Below, one piece after another: positions 18,143-26,851 of a DNA stretch of 64,000 nt. Position 1 is the stretch's first letter. Every line of letters begins with the position of its first letter. The notes under the pieces were generated by a model. The model saw only the letters and a list, made by a program, of their open reading frames with translations. It was not told the origin of the DNA and did no database searches. This DNA is from Candidatus Heimdallarchaeota archaeon (lineage in GTDB: Archaea > Asgardarchaeota > Heimdallarchaeia > JABLTI01), in the NCBI GenBank assembly GCA_019056785.1, contig DXJV01000087.1, positions 1 through 64,000 of the forward strand, in the 5' to 3' direction. Made by a program: the position numbers and the translations under genes.

Positions 18143-18535
18143 ATGTTAACCTCTATGACAACAAGCTACCTTGAACGAGAAGAACCAAAAGATGTTTCGA
18201 AAGCTTTTAAGCGACTGAAAAAACGAATTACTATCGATAATTTGTGGATGTATATTTTACGCCTTTTGCAAGAAAAAGAGATGTATGGGTACGAGATAAG
18301 AGAATCCATTAAAAAGCAATTTGGCTTCGAACCTGCCACTATCACTTCTTATACCATTCTACATCGTCTCCAGGAAGATAATCTGGTCATGTCATTTGTT
18401 AAGGACAACCCCGAGGGACGCCCAGACCGGAAATATTATACTATCACCGAAGATGGCGAACGAGCAATGCAAGATGCTAAAAGGTTTCTCAATGAGATCC
18501 TCACTCGAGTCTTTGATAAGACAAAAACAGAATAA
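18143..18535 (+). CDS. PadR-family transcriptional regulator
   Basis: YGYEI, Y..LHRL, RKYYTITEDG. Confidence 0.92.
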   Translation: MLTSMTTSYLEREEPKDVSKAFKRLKKRITIDNLWMYILRLLQEKEMYGYEIRESIKKQFGFEPATITSYTILHRLQEDNLVMSFVKDNPEGRPDRKYYTITEDGERAMQDAKRFLNEILTRVFDKTKTE

Positions 18536-18558
18536 AAGAAAGAGAGATTCCTTTCTTA

Positions 18559-19707
18559 TTATTCTACCTCGAGGGGTTTCGATTTAGTATAAACCACTAC
18601 TTTTCCATTTTTAATCATAACATCATTCTCGAGTCTTTGCCCTCCTGCTCCTTTTACATACACTCCAGGTTCAATGGTAAATACCATTCCTTCTTCTACT
18701 TTCAATTCCACAAAATCTTTGAGCTTTTCTTCAGAGGTGGGTTTTTGTCGCACGCCTGGTGCATCATGAACGGTTAATCCGAGTCCATGCCCTAAGCCAT
18801 GCGGCATATGAAAACCCGCCTTTTCGATAACATCAACGGCGGCTTGGGAGATTTTCCAGAGAGGAACACCAATATCAATGGCATCTATTGCTGCTTCATA
18901 AGCTGCAAAACAAGTCTGTTTGATTTTTTCTTGTTCAGCTGTTAACTTTCCAAAGGAGATTGGTACTGTTATATCAGAGGCATACCCTTGATAGAGCGCC
19001 CCAAAATCTATAAGGGCAAGACCTGGCTTGGAGAATTGGTTATTTCCTGCAAAAGGATGGCAGTGGATGAGATGAGAACGTTCAACATTCGCAACAAGCG
19101 AGGGGAACGAATTATCTTCAGCGCCATACTCACGTATTTTTTTCATCACTAAGAAAGAGAGGTCATTTTCAGTCCCATTGGGCACCTCTTTTGCGAACTT
19201 CTCGATATCCTTGAGCACTTTATTACCAATCTTCCCTGCTTTTTCCAGGAAGGCAAGTTCTTTTGGTGTTTTTGTTGATCGTAGTTTACGAAAGAGCTCA
19301 TTTACTTCTATGGGATTGTCATAAATTCGGAGCGCTGGCAAGGCTTTTTTTAGCGCTATAATCCAGCGGTAACTGATCATTGCATTAACGCCTATTACGG
19401 GTGAGTCACTTTTCAGTACCTCTTTGACATACTGTTCAAAATTTGTTCGTGAATCTGGATCTGTTATGATTGTATCAACAGTTGCATGTTCTTTAGCCAA
19501 TTCAACATCCCACGGTATTAAGATTGTTTCACCGCCAGGGGTGAGCAAAAGAAAGCCATCCATAGGGTGCCCTGAAAGAAACCGGAGGTTAACATCACGA
19601 GAATTTTCCCAATCTGCGAGAAAGAGGAGGTCGATTTTTTTCTCTTCCATAAAAGCAGTTATTTCAGCCATTTTTTCTTCTGTTATTGGACGCATTTTTC
19701 TCATCAA
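18559..19707 (-). CDS. Xaa-Pro peptidase (M24B)
   Basis: DFGA..GYASDIT, HGLGHGLGLTVHD, TIEPG, RLEND. Confidence 0.93.
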   Translation of the reverse strand: MMRKMRPITEEKMAEITAFMEEKKIDLLFLADWENSRDVNLRFLSGHPMDGFLLLTPGGETILIPWDVELAKEHATVDTIITDPDSRTNFEQYVKEVLKSDSPVIGVNAMISYRWIIALKKALPALRIYDNPIEVNELFRKLRSTKTPKELAFLEKAGKIGNKVLKDIEKFAKEVPNGTENDLSFLVMKKIREYGAEDNSFPSLVANVERSHLIHCHPFAGNNQFSKPGLALIDFGALYQGYASDITVPISFGKLTAEQEKIKQTCFAAYEAAIDAIDIGVPLWKISQAAVDVIEKAGFHMPHGLGHGLGLTVHDAPGVRQKPTSEEKLKDFVELKVEEGMVFTIEPGVYVKGAGGQRLENDVMIKNGKVVVYTKSKPLEVE

Positions 19708-19878
19708 CTAATTGTTTGTTGTCTTTCTTAAACATTTAAGTGACCACAAGTACTATTCCAACTATAAAAAAGCTCTTTTGAGCTAGCTTTCAAATGAAAA
19801 GTATTTTAAAAAAGAAGGAAAACCATCTTTACACACCAATGATCAATCCCATAAAAACAACATGTGGTGCTTTGAAAA

Positions 19879-20388
19879 ATGCCGGACCAGAAGCAAAGAA
19901 AAATCGATTGGCAGAAAGAAGCAGAGATTCGCCCTTCGACAGAAGAGGAAGCAAAGAAGCTCAAAGAACTTATTGTCACTGCTTACACTCCTATTGAAGC
20001 AATCCTTGGGAGAAAGCCACGTGGCATGCTGGAAACAGAAGAAGAAATCCTAGAACGCATAAGAAAGCGCTCCATCTTTTCGGTTTATTATAAAAATAGG
20101 CTTGTTGGGACATTTACCATCCAATTTAATGATGAATTTGACTTGATAGAAATTTCTAAAGTGGCCGTCATTGCTGAGCTTCAAAACAAAGGTTTGGGCA
20201 CCTATCTTATGGATACTGCCGAACAAATGGTTAGAGAACGCGGGGAAAGAAAGGTGATGATCGAAACTTATGATGACCACAAAAGATTGGTAAATTTCTA
20301 TAAACACATGGGGTATCAAACATTCCACAGCAAAGTCAATAAGGGCAATTTGGTTCTTATGATGGAAAAAGAATTATACTCAAGGTGA
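19879..20388 (+). CDS. GNAT acetyltransferase
   Basis: AV..LQNKGLGTYLM, FYKHMGY. Confidence 0.9.
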   Translation: MPDQKQRKIDWQKEAEIRPSTEEEAKKLKELIVTAYTPIEAILGRKPRGMLETEEEILERIRKRSIFSVYYKNRLVGTFTIQFNDEFDLIEISKVAVIAELQNKGLGTYLMDTAEQMVRERGERKVMIETYDDHKRLVNFYKHMGYQTFHSKVNKGNLVLMMEKELYSR

Positions 20389-21047
20389 AAACTATGGATC
20401 TCCGAATTGTTCCTGGCGTTTCATGGAGTGCTAATTGTTATCTCCTCATAGACGAAGAGCAAAATAAATTGCTTATTATTGACTTGGGGCTGGATGGACG
20501 GCTTACTGGCTATTCGCTCCGAAAATCCCTCGAAGAGTTATTGGGTGAAAATTCAGAGGATTTTGAAGTAGAAGTGTTTCTAACACATTCTCATATTGAT
20601 CATATTGCCGGCGAAAACAATCTCCCTCCTTTCAAATCGCTCATCTTCAGCGCCAGTAAAATAGCTGCCGAGCACATTAATTCTCGGGATCATGTGACTT
20701 TGTTGCAGCAATTTGGGGGGAAAATTACTTTTTCTGTCGAAAAAACCTATGAAGATGGTGCAACCTTTTCTTTTGCGGGAAATGAGTTTCAAGTCCTTCA
20801 TTGCCCGGGTCACACGGATGGTTCTGCCGTTTTATTTTCCCCAACTATGCAAGCCCTCTTTTCTGGCGATGTCGTTTTTAAAGGGTCAATAGGACGGATG
20901 GATCTTCCTACTGGCAATCCTGAGGAAATGCGACAGTCATTAAAGCGATTATTAGAATATGACATTCAACATCTTTATAGTGGTCATGGCGAGGCTCTCC
21001 ATGGAAATGTTAAAAGGAACATTCAAAGAGCATTACAATTGTTTTAA
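20385..21047 (+). CDS. Metallo-beta-lactamase fold hydrolase (glyoxalase II-like)
   Basis: THSHIDH, PGHTDGS, FSGD, GRMDLP, SGHG. Confidence 0.92.
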   Translation: MKTMDLRIVPGVSWSANCYLLIDEEQNKLLIIDLGLDGRLTGYSLRKSLEELLGENSEDFEVEVFLTHSHIDHIAGENNLPPFKSLIFSASKIAAEHINSRDHVTLLQQFGGKITFSVEKTYEDGATFSFAGNEFQVLHCPGHTDGSAVLFSPTMQALFSGDVVFKGSIGRMDLPTGNPEEMRQSLKRLLEYDIQHLYSGHGEALHGNVKRNIQRALQLF

Positions 21048-21073
21048 AGATTTAAAAAGAGAGAAAAGAAGAG

Positions 21074-21098
21074 AGTAGCAAAGCAAGATGTTGCTACT
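21074..21098. terminator. Inverted repeat between convergent genes
   Basis: AGTAGCAA-N9-TTGCTACT. Confidence 0.4.
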
Positions 21099-21121
21099 AC
21101 AAGTCAATTTATTCAAAATTA

Positions 21122-22024
21122 TTATTTTTTAATGTCTGCTAACGAAGTAATAATAGACCATTGGTAATCGATGTATTTCTGGTAAGCTTCAACAAGCTCT
21201 TTGGAAATGCCTTTATAGCGCCCTTGATATTTCAGATACTCTTCAAGGGGCTTTCGTTTTGCAGGATCCCTGTATTTTTTACTAAGGGGTGAAAGTTCGA
21301 TGTCTCCATCTACGGCTTCCCAGAGAATGTGTGCACCTGTTTCGACGGCTAATTTTCCAACTTCAATTGTTTTTTCAGCCGGAAAGCGCCAGCCCACGGC
21401 ACAAGGAGCAAGCAAATATATAAATTTAAAGCCTTTCATTTGCTGAGCTTTTCTTAGCTTTCCAATAAAATCTCGAGGGTAGGATGTACACGCGGTGGCA
21501 ACATACGGGAGATGGTGGGTCCACATGATGAGAGCAATGTTTTTTGGTGAACCAATACGACCGAACGGCGTTGTTGTTGTCCGTGCACCAGGAGGCGTTG
21601 CGCCTGACTTTTGAACTCCGGTATTGCTATAACTTTCATTAGAATAAGTAACATAAATCATGTTATCATTTCGTTCTGCCGCGCCAGAGATGGTTGCTAG
21701 TCCTATATCAACACTTCCGCCGTCACCAGCCCAAGCAAGAACAGTAGTGTCGGTTTTTCCTTTTGCTTCGAGTGCCGCAGACACCCCTGAAGCTGAGGAA
21801 GCTGCAGCGGCAAAGGCAATATTTAAGACAGGCACAGTGATGGCCGATTTCGGGTAGGGGCCTTGCCAGACGGAGGTACAGCAAGCAGGAATAGTCATAA
21901 TAACATTTTCACCCAAAGCTTTGAGTGCATATCGCAAACCCAGGGATGAAGAGCATCCTGCACAAGCAGCATGACCTGGAAGGATGGGCTCTGGGGAACT
22001 AAGAATTTCTTTTGTGGTAACCAT
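21122..22024 (-). CDS. porB: Pyruvate/2-oxoacid:ferredoxin oxidoreductase beta subunit
   Basis: GHAACAGC, GDGGSVDIG, NESYSNTG.QKS, APC..GW. Confidence 0.92.
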   Translation of the reverse strand: MVTTKEILSSPEPILPGHAACAGCSSSLGLRYALKALGENVIMTIPACCTSVWQGPYPKSAITVPVLNIAFAAAASSASGVSAALEAKGKTDTTVLAWAGDGGSVDIGLATISGAAERNDNMIYVTYSNESYSNTGVQKSGATPPGARTTTTPFGRIGSPKNIALIMWTHHLPYVATACTSYPRDFIGKLRKAQQMKGFKFIYLLAPCAVGWRFPAEKTIEVGKLAVETGAHILWEAVDGDIELSPLSKKYRDPAKRKPLEEYLKYQGRYKGISKELVEAYQKYIDYQWSIITSLADIKK

Positions 22025-22032
22025 GGATTATT

Positions 22033-23235
22033 TCACCTCTTTAAGGATGCAAGATCCTTTTCAATTAAGTCAGCAACATATTCTGCTGTGACATCCATTC
22101 CACTCAACCCTTCAATATGGTGGAATGGTTTTGGATGATTGTCTCCTTCATAAAGGGCGGCCATAGTATCAATAGCGATGACGCCTTTATAGCCGTAAGA
22201 TGGCGCCCGCTCAATGAAATGAATGGTTTCCGCCCCCTTACATGCTTCTCGTATCTCTTCATCGGGGAAGGGTCGAAGAACACGCAACCGGAGCAATCCA
22301 ACATCATAGCCTTTCTCTTTGAGGATATCAACAGTGACTTCAATTTCTTCAGCAATGGACGAATGGGAAACAATGATGTGCTTTGTTTTCTTATCGATAC
22401 CGTAAGTTTCTATCAGATCGCCATGGAACCTGCCAAAACGTTTCTTATAGTCGGCACAAACATCCTTAATAATTTGTTTCGCTCGATGAGTCGACTCCAT
22501 AATGTTCTGTCGTTTTTCCCGGAAGTGGGAGGGGTAGGATAAATTGCTGTGGGTCACAGGATGCTTTGGGTCGAGGATGAAATGCTTGGGAGTATATGGT
22601 GGTAAGAAATCATCAACTTCTGCTTGGGAAGGCATATCAACGGGTGCACTGGTATGGGACAGAATGAAGGCATCCTGACACACCAGAGAGGGCATGTATA
22701 CTTGCTCATTTTCACCCACTTTGTAGGCCATTAATACCGTGTCAAAGACTTCTTGGACATTTTTACAATAGTATTGAATACAGCCAGAATCTCGCAAGCC
22801 CATAGAATCTTGTGTTTGCGCCCAAATGCTCCAGGCGGGAGCAAGTTCTCTATTAACAATACTCATCACGGTAGGTAGACGTGCGAGGGCAGCCCACCAG
22901 ACAAGCTCTGCCATATAGAGAAGCCCATGGGAAGAAGTTGATGAAAAAGTTCGAGCACCAGTTGCTGAAGCACCGATCAATGCACCGGCGGCACTATGCT
23001 CACTTTCAACTTTAATGTATTTTGCCCCCATTTTTCCGCTGTCCACAAACTCCGAAACTTTCTCAATACAACCGGTTGAAGGGGTAATAGGGTATGCTGC
23101 CACCACTTCAACACGGGCCATTTTTGCAGCATATGCTGCGGCATGATTTCCGCTGATAATTAATGTCATTGGCTTTTCATGCCCTAATGATACAGGACGG
23201 TTGTTACTTACAGTCATTTTTACGTTTTCCTCCAC
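22033..23235 (-). CDS. porA: Pyruvate/2-oxoacid:ferredoxin oxidoreductase alpha subunit
   Basis: AYPITP, ESEHSA, TSSHGL, LRPFP. Confidence 0.92.
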   Translation of the reverse strand: MEENVKMTVSNNRPVSLGHEKPMTLIISGNHAAAYAAKMARVEVVAAYPITPSTGCIEKVSEFVDSGKMGAKYIKVESEHSAAGALIGASATGARTFSSTSSHGLLYMAELVWWAALARLPTVMSIVNRELAPAWSIWAQTQDSMGLRDSGCIQYYCKNVQEVFDTVLMAYKVGENEQVYMPSLVCQDAFILSHTSAPVDMPSQAEVDDFLPPYTPKHFILDPKHPVTHSNLSYPSHFREKRQNIMESTHRAKQIIKDVCADYKKRFGRFHGDLIETYGIDKKTKHIIVSHSSIAEEIEVTVDILKEKGYDVGLLRLRVLRPFPDEEIREACKGAETIHFIERAPSYGYKGVIAIDTMAALYEGDNHPKPFHHIEGLSGMDVTAEYVADLIEKDLASLKR

Positions 23236-23556
23236 TCACTCATCCTCTTTGACAAATTCTGTCTCTTTGACCATTGCAATACATTTCTGTGGGCACTCGT
23301 TTGCGCAAATGCCACAACCCTTGCAAAAGTCATAATCTATAATGATCTTCCCCTTCTTATGTGAGGGGTCTTCTGTGTCAATTGTGATACACGGTTCAGG
23401 GCAATAAAGAATGCAAATTTCGCATCGCGTGCACTTGTCATGGTTAATTACTGGGCGAAAAGTTCGCCATAAGCCGGTATTCCCAGCAGAACCTTTGGAC
23501 GGTAAGGATATCCAAGTTTCAACGCGAAACTCATCTTCTTCTTTTGTCTTTGGCAA
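23236..23556 (-). CDS. porD: 2-oxoacid:ferredoxin oxidoreductase delta subunit
   Basis: TGLWRTFRP, CTRCEICILYCP, DYDFCKGCGICANECP. Confidence 0.93.
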   Translation of the reverse strand: MPKTKEEDEFRVETWISLPSKGSAGNTGLWRTFRPVINHDKCTRCEICILYCPEPCITIDTEDPSHKKGKIIIDYDFCKGCGICANECPQKCIAMVKETEFVKEDE

Positions 23557-23563
23557 TTTTTAC

Positions 23564-24127
23564 TCACACTCCATTTTTATAGGGTATTGTTTCGATATAT
23601 CCTCTTTTAGCGGCTTCGAGATTACTTTCCCAAAGACGTTCGTTTAGTTGACTCTTGATCGCTTCGAGCACCGAGTCTAACTTCACCAGACCGGTCGCTT
23701 TTGCTACGGCCCCAGTCATGATTGTATTTGTGATATAACTTTCAGCAATGCGTAATTTCAAATCGATGGCAATTTGTGTTGCATCGACCCAGAATTTCTT
23801 GCATTTGAGCTCTGAGGGGAAGGAGATTTCTTTATTAGAATTGACAACAAGAATTGTCTTTTCGGATATCCCTTTCATATAGAGAATCTTGGGGAGCACA
23901 GGGTCTAATACTGCAACAACAGTGGGATGGTAAATCGCAGAATGGCGTTTAATTGGCTTGTCGGAAATCCTCGTGTAAGTCTCCACTGGAGCGCCGCGTC
24001 TTTCAGCACCATAAAAGGCAAAGGCTTGAACGGATTTTCCTTCGCGATGAGCTGCTGCTGCTAGAATCTTTGCAGAGGTCACCGCCCCTTGTCCGCCTCT
24101 ACCATGCCAACGGATCTCTTCAAACAT
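23564..24127 (-). CDS. porG: 2-oxoacid:ferredoxin oxidoreductase gamma subunit
   Basis: EIRWHGRGGQGAVT, YGAERRGAP. Confidence 0.93.
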   Translation of the reverse strand: MFEEIRWHGRGGQGAVTSAKILAAAAHREGKSVQAFAFYGAERRGAPVETYTRISDKPIKRHSAIYHPTVVAVLDPVLPKILYMKGISEKTILVVNSNKEISFPSELKCKKFWVDATQIAIDLKLRIAESYITNTIMTGAVAKATGLVKLDSVLEAIKSQLNERLWESNLEAAKRGYIETIPYKNGV

Positions 24128-24350
24128 TTTTGTTGGTCACCTTAATTTTTCAAGGATAGCTACTTACTATGATTTTTAATTCTTTGCTTGTAATCCAACT
24201 GCCTGTCGCTCGGAAAAAAAGCTGAGCGGAAAGCCTACGCATTTGGCACGAAGGTTGCAAGCATTGCAATCAAATCTAACGGATTATTAGCAATATTATT
24301 TAATGTTTTGCATACTCATCGCTTTTCAGTAGGTGTACAAGAAAAGAGAA

Positions 24351-24468
24351 TGGTAGCCCGGAGCGGATTCGAACCGCTGTCCCCGGATTCAGAGTCCGAG
24401 ATGATTGACCAATTTGCTTGCGCTACTGATTGTTGTTACTCAGCAAACGCAACCTACACCACCGGGCT
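24351..24468 (-). tRNA. tRNA-Gln(CUG) with a 42-nt intron in the D-loop and encoded CCA
   Basis: Reverse complement: AGCCCGG TG GTGTAG [42 nt, 24453-24412] TGGTCAATCATC TCGGA CTCTGAA TCCGG GGAC AGCGG TTCGAAT CCGCT CCGGGCT ACCA; 76 nt after removing the insert. Confidence 0.92.
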
Positions 24469-24629
24469 GAAAATGCGCAGCTTCTTAGCAGTTTTATCGC
24501 ACAGCGACTATTTATGCTTAACTGATGCCATTGCTTTTTACAGCACCGTTATTTACTTTATAATAATTACTATGAATAATTAAAAAAGAATGAATAAAGG
24601 CGAAAGGAGATATTATTAATCAAGGCTCT

Positions 24630-24998
24630 TTATTGCTCTGTAAGTCCTTCTCGAGCTTCTATTTCCTCAGGAGTAGACTGCAAGTCTTTTAGTAAGGTGT
24701 ATAAGTCAGGTTCTTTGATTCCTGCTTCCTGAAGATACTCGATGAACCATCGGGCAAGGCGACGCGTTTCTAACTCCATTCCTGTCCTTTCTTCATAGAA
24801 GGCGGTGATTTTCTGTGCCACTTCGGCAATGCTATTACATTTGAATTGCCCTTCACTATTTGAGCCGTCGAAAATCTCTATCTCAACTTTCATCTTTGGT
24901 GAGTAATTCTTCCGGTTAGGAGCAAAAGTTAATTTTGCCATATAACGGCTTGTTCCCAGAAAGCGTTTTATAATGGATTCTTTTGACATTGCTATCAC
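24630..24998 (-). CDS. Hypothetical protein
   Basis: 122-aa ORF with protein-like composition; no motif recognised. Confidence 0.6.
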   Translation of the reverse strand: MIAMSKESIIKRFLGTSRYMAKLTFAPNRKNYSPKMKVEIEIFDGSNSEGQFKCNSIAEVAQKITAFYEERTGMELETRRLARWFIEYLQEAGIKEPDLYTLLKDLQSTPEEIEAREGLTEQ

Positions 24999-25096
24999 AA
25001 CGATTTTATTTCGTACTATTTTTAATTTAAACCTTATAATTCTTATTCTCTAGGAAAAAAAACTTTTTGCAATTTTGTTCCAGTACGGTTCTCTTT

Positions 25097-25591
25097 TTAT
25101 TGGATTCTTGAAGAGACCAATGGCTCACCCTTGTTTCGCTTTGGCACTTCTTCAAGCTCTTCTTCTGAGGTTAGCGCTGCCTGTAAGGCACGGCTGGTTT
25201 TTCGCAATCTGATAAAGGGCATGATTAAACTCGCCAAACCAAGCAGGGCAAAAAAGCCAGAAGCAACATAGGGATAAGCATTCCCACTTTGAAAACCCAT
25301 GTACAAAAATGGTCCGGCCATAAGGACCACAATAGCAGAGAGAAATAAATGCATAGTACCAGGTCGCCCTTTTATACTAATAATTGATGTTTTCTTTTCT
25401 TTTGTCCGGCGAGCGTCGATTTTCATCCAGAAAATCTCTCCGAGTAAAGCCCGCACACCGATTTCTAGGTGTTGTGGGTCCTTTCTTGAGAGCGGTTGCT
25501 CTTTGATTTGAGTGTTTTGTACTTTAGTTTCGAAATAGATTGTTGCTTTTTTAATTGCTTTGAATTGGGAAAGTGGCGATTCAAATTCCAT
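25097..25591 (-). CDS. Hypothetical membrane protein (2 TM)
   Basis: Soluble N-terminal region plus two hydrophobic helices. Confidence 0.6.
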   Translation of the reverse strand: MEFESPLSQFKAIKKATIYFETKVQNTQIKEQPLSRKDPQHLEIGVRALLGEIFWMKIDARRTKEKKTSIISIKGRPGTMHLFLSAIVVLMAGPFLYMGFQSGNAYPYVASGFFALLGLASLIMPFIRLRKTSRALQAALTSEEELEEVPKRNKGEPLVSSRIQ

Positions 25592-25756
25592 TGCGGATCC
25601 AGTCCTAAAGGCAAATATGTTTCAAACAATTAATAAATACTATTCAAAGTTCTAATTAAGCAAAAAGCGGAAATACTGTTGAAGCATATAAAATTAAAGA
25701 AAATTTTATAACCCTTTTGAATCAAACAACCAATCAATTTTCATTGAGGATTTATT

Positions 25757-26830
25757 ATGAAAACAATAGCAGTAATTGGCTTAGGGAAATGGGGTAAAAA
25801 TCATGTTAGGAACATTCAACGTTTGTATGCTGAAGGGTTTTGTGACAGAGTGCTTATCTGTGATCAAGACAAGAATCAATTGAAAAAGATCGGTGACCTT
25901 AACAACATCCCGCTAGAACAAAGGTATGACAATCTTGATGAGATGCTGAAAAAAGAAGAAATTTCTGGAGCAATACTTGCAGTGCCAACAGCAATTCATA
26001 AGAAGCTTGCCTTGCAAGTATTAGAGCACTGCGACATTTTATGTGAGAAACCTTTAGCACCCACGGTAGAAGATTGCCAAGAAATTAGTGCAAAAGCCAG
26101 AGAATACAACCGCATCATCCAAGTGGGGCATCTCGAGAGATACAATCCTGTTGTGGTAACCTTAAAATCATTGCTGGAAAAGGAACAAACAGAAGATAAA
26201 ATCATGCATTTAACTGCTCGTCGAGTGGGGCCCGGACCAAAGAAACTTGATAGCAAGGACCTGGACCCCAACTATTTTGGCTGTGGACATGATTTCATGG
26301 TGCACGATATCGACGTTGTTAATGGGCTATTAAATAAACTCCCCAAAAGAGTACGAGCTACTTCTGCCTATATTAAAAACTTCCCCTATGAAGTGGAACT
26401 TTTTGCCGTCTTTGAATATGAAGGGAAGAAAGAGCTAAATAGCGACCCGATCTTATTCGATGTTCGTGCCACTTGGCGCGCCTATCCAAACCTCAAACGC
26501 CGGAAACTTATCGTTCAAACAACAAAAGACGTTATTACTCTTGACTTTATCCTACAAGAAATTACCAGTGAAAAAGGTTTGGCAGAACATGCATTAAGTA
26601 ATTCCTTCTCGGAATTTATTAGCACATATCGTGCTACAGAGATTACACACCATTATCTGGCTACGGGAAAGGATCAAGAACCCTTATACCTCGAGGATAA
26701 AGACTTTCTCAGTTGCATTGATAGCCGGAAAAAACCTCTCGTTTCTGACATAGAGGGAACCAATGCCGTGAAATGTGTCGTGGCTGCCATAGAATCTGCC
26801 AAAACAGGAAAAGTAGTGGAAATAAAATAA
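25757..26830 (+). CDS. Gfo/Idh/MocA-family oxidoreductase
   Basis: IGLGKWG, CEKP, GHLERYNP, DFMVHDID. Confidence 0.92.
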   Translation: MKTIAVIGLGKWGKNHVRNIQRLYAEGFCDRVLICDQDKNQLKKIGDLNNIPLEQRYDNLDEMLKKEEISGAILAVPTAIHKKLALQVLEHCDILCEKPLAPTVEDCQEISAKAREYNRIIQVGHLERYNPVVVTLKSLLEKEQTEDKIMHLTARRVGPGPKKLDSKDLDPNYFGCGHDFMVHDIDVVNGLLNKLPKRVRATSAYIKNFPYEVELFAVFEYEGKKELNSDPILFDVRATWRAYPNLKRRKLIVQTTKDVITLDFILQEITSEKGLAEHALSNSFSEFISTYRATEITHHYLATGKDQEPLYLEDKDFLSCIDSRKKPLVSDIEGTNAVKCVVAAIESAKTGKVVEIK

Positions 26831-26851
26831 AGTGATTCCATCCACTTACTT

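Noticed and set aside
24351-24400. Integrated element at the tRNA 3' end
   Set aside because: No integrase or duplicated tRNA fragment seen; porG follows directly.
24308-24583. Track ORF of 91 aa
   Set aside because: Antisense to tRNA-Gln.
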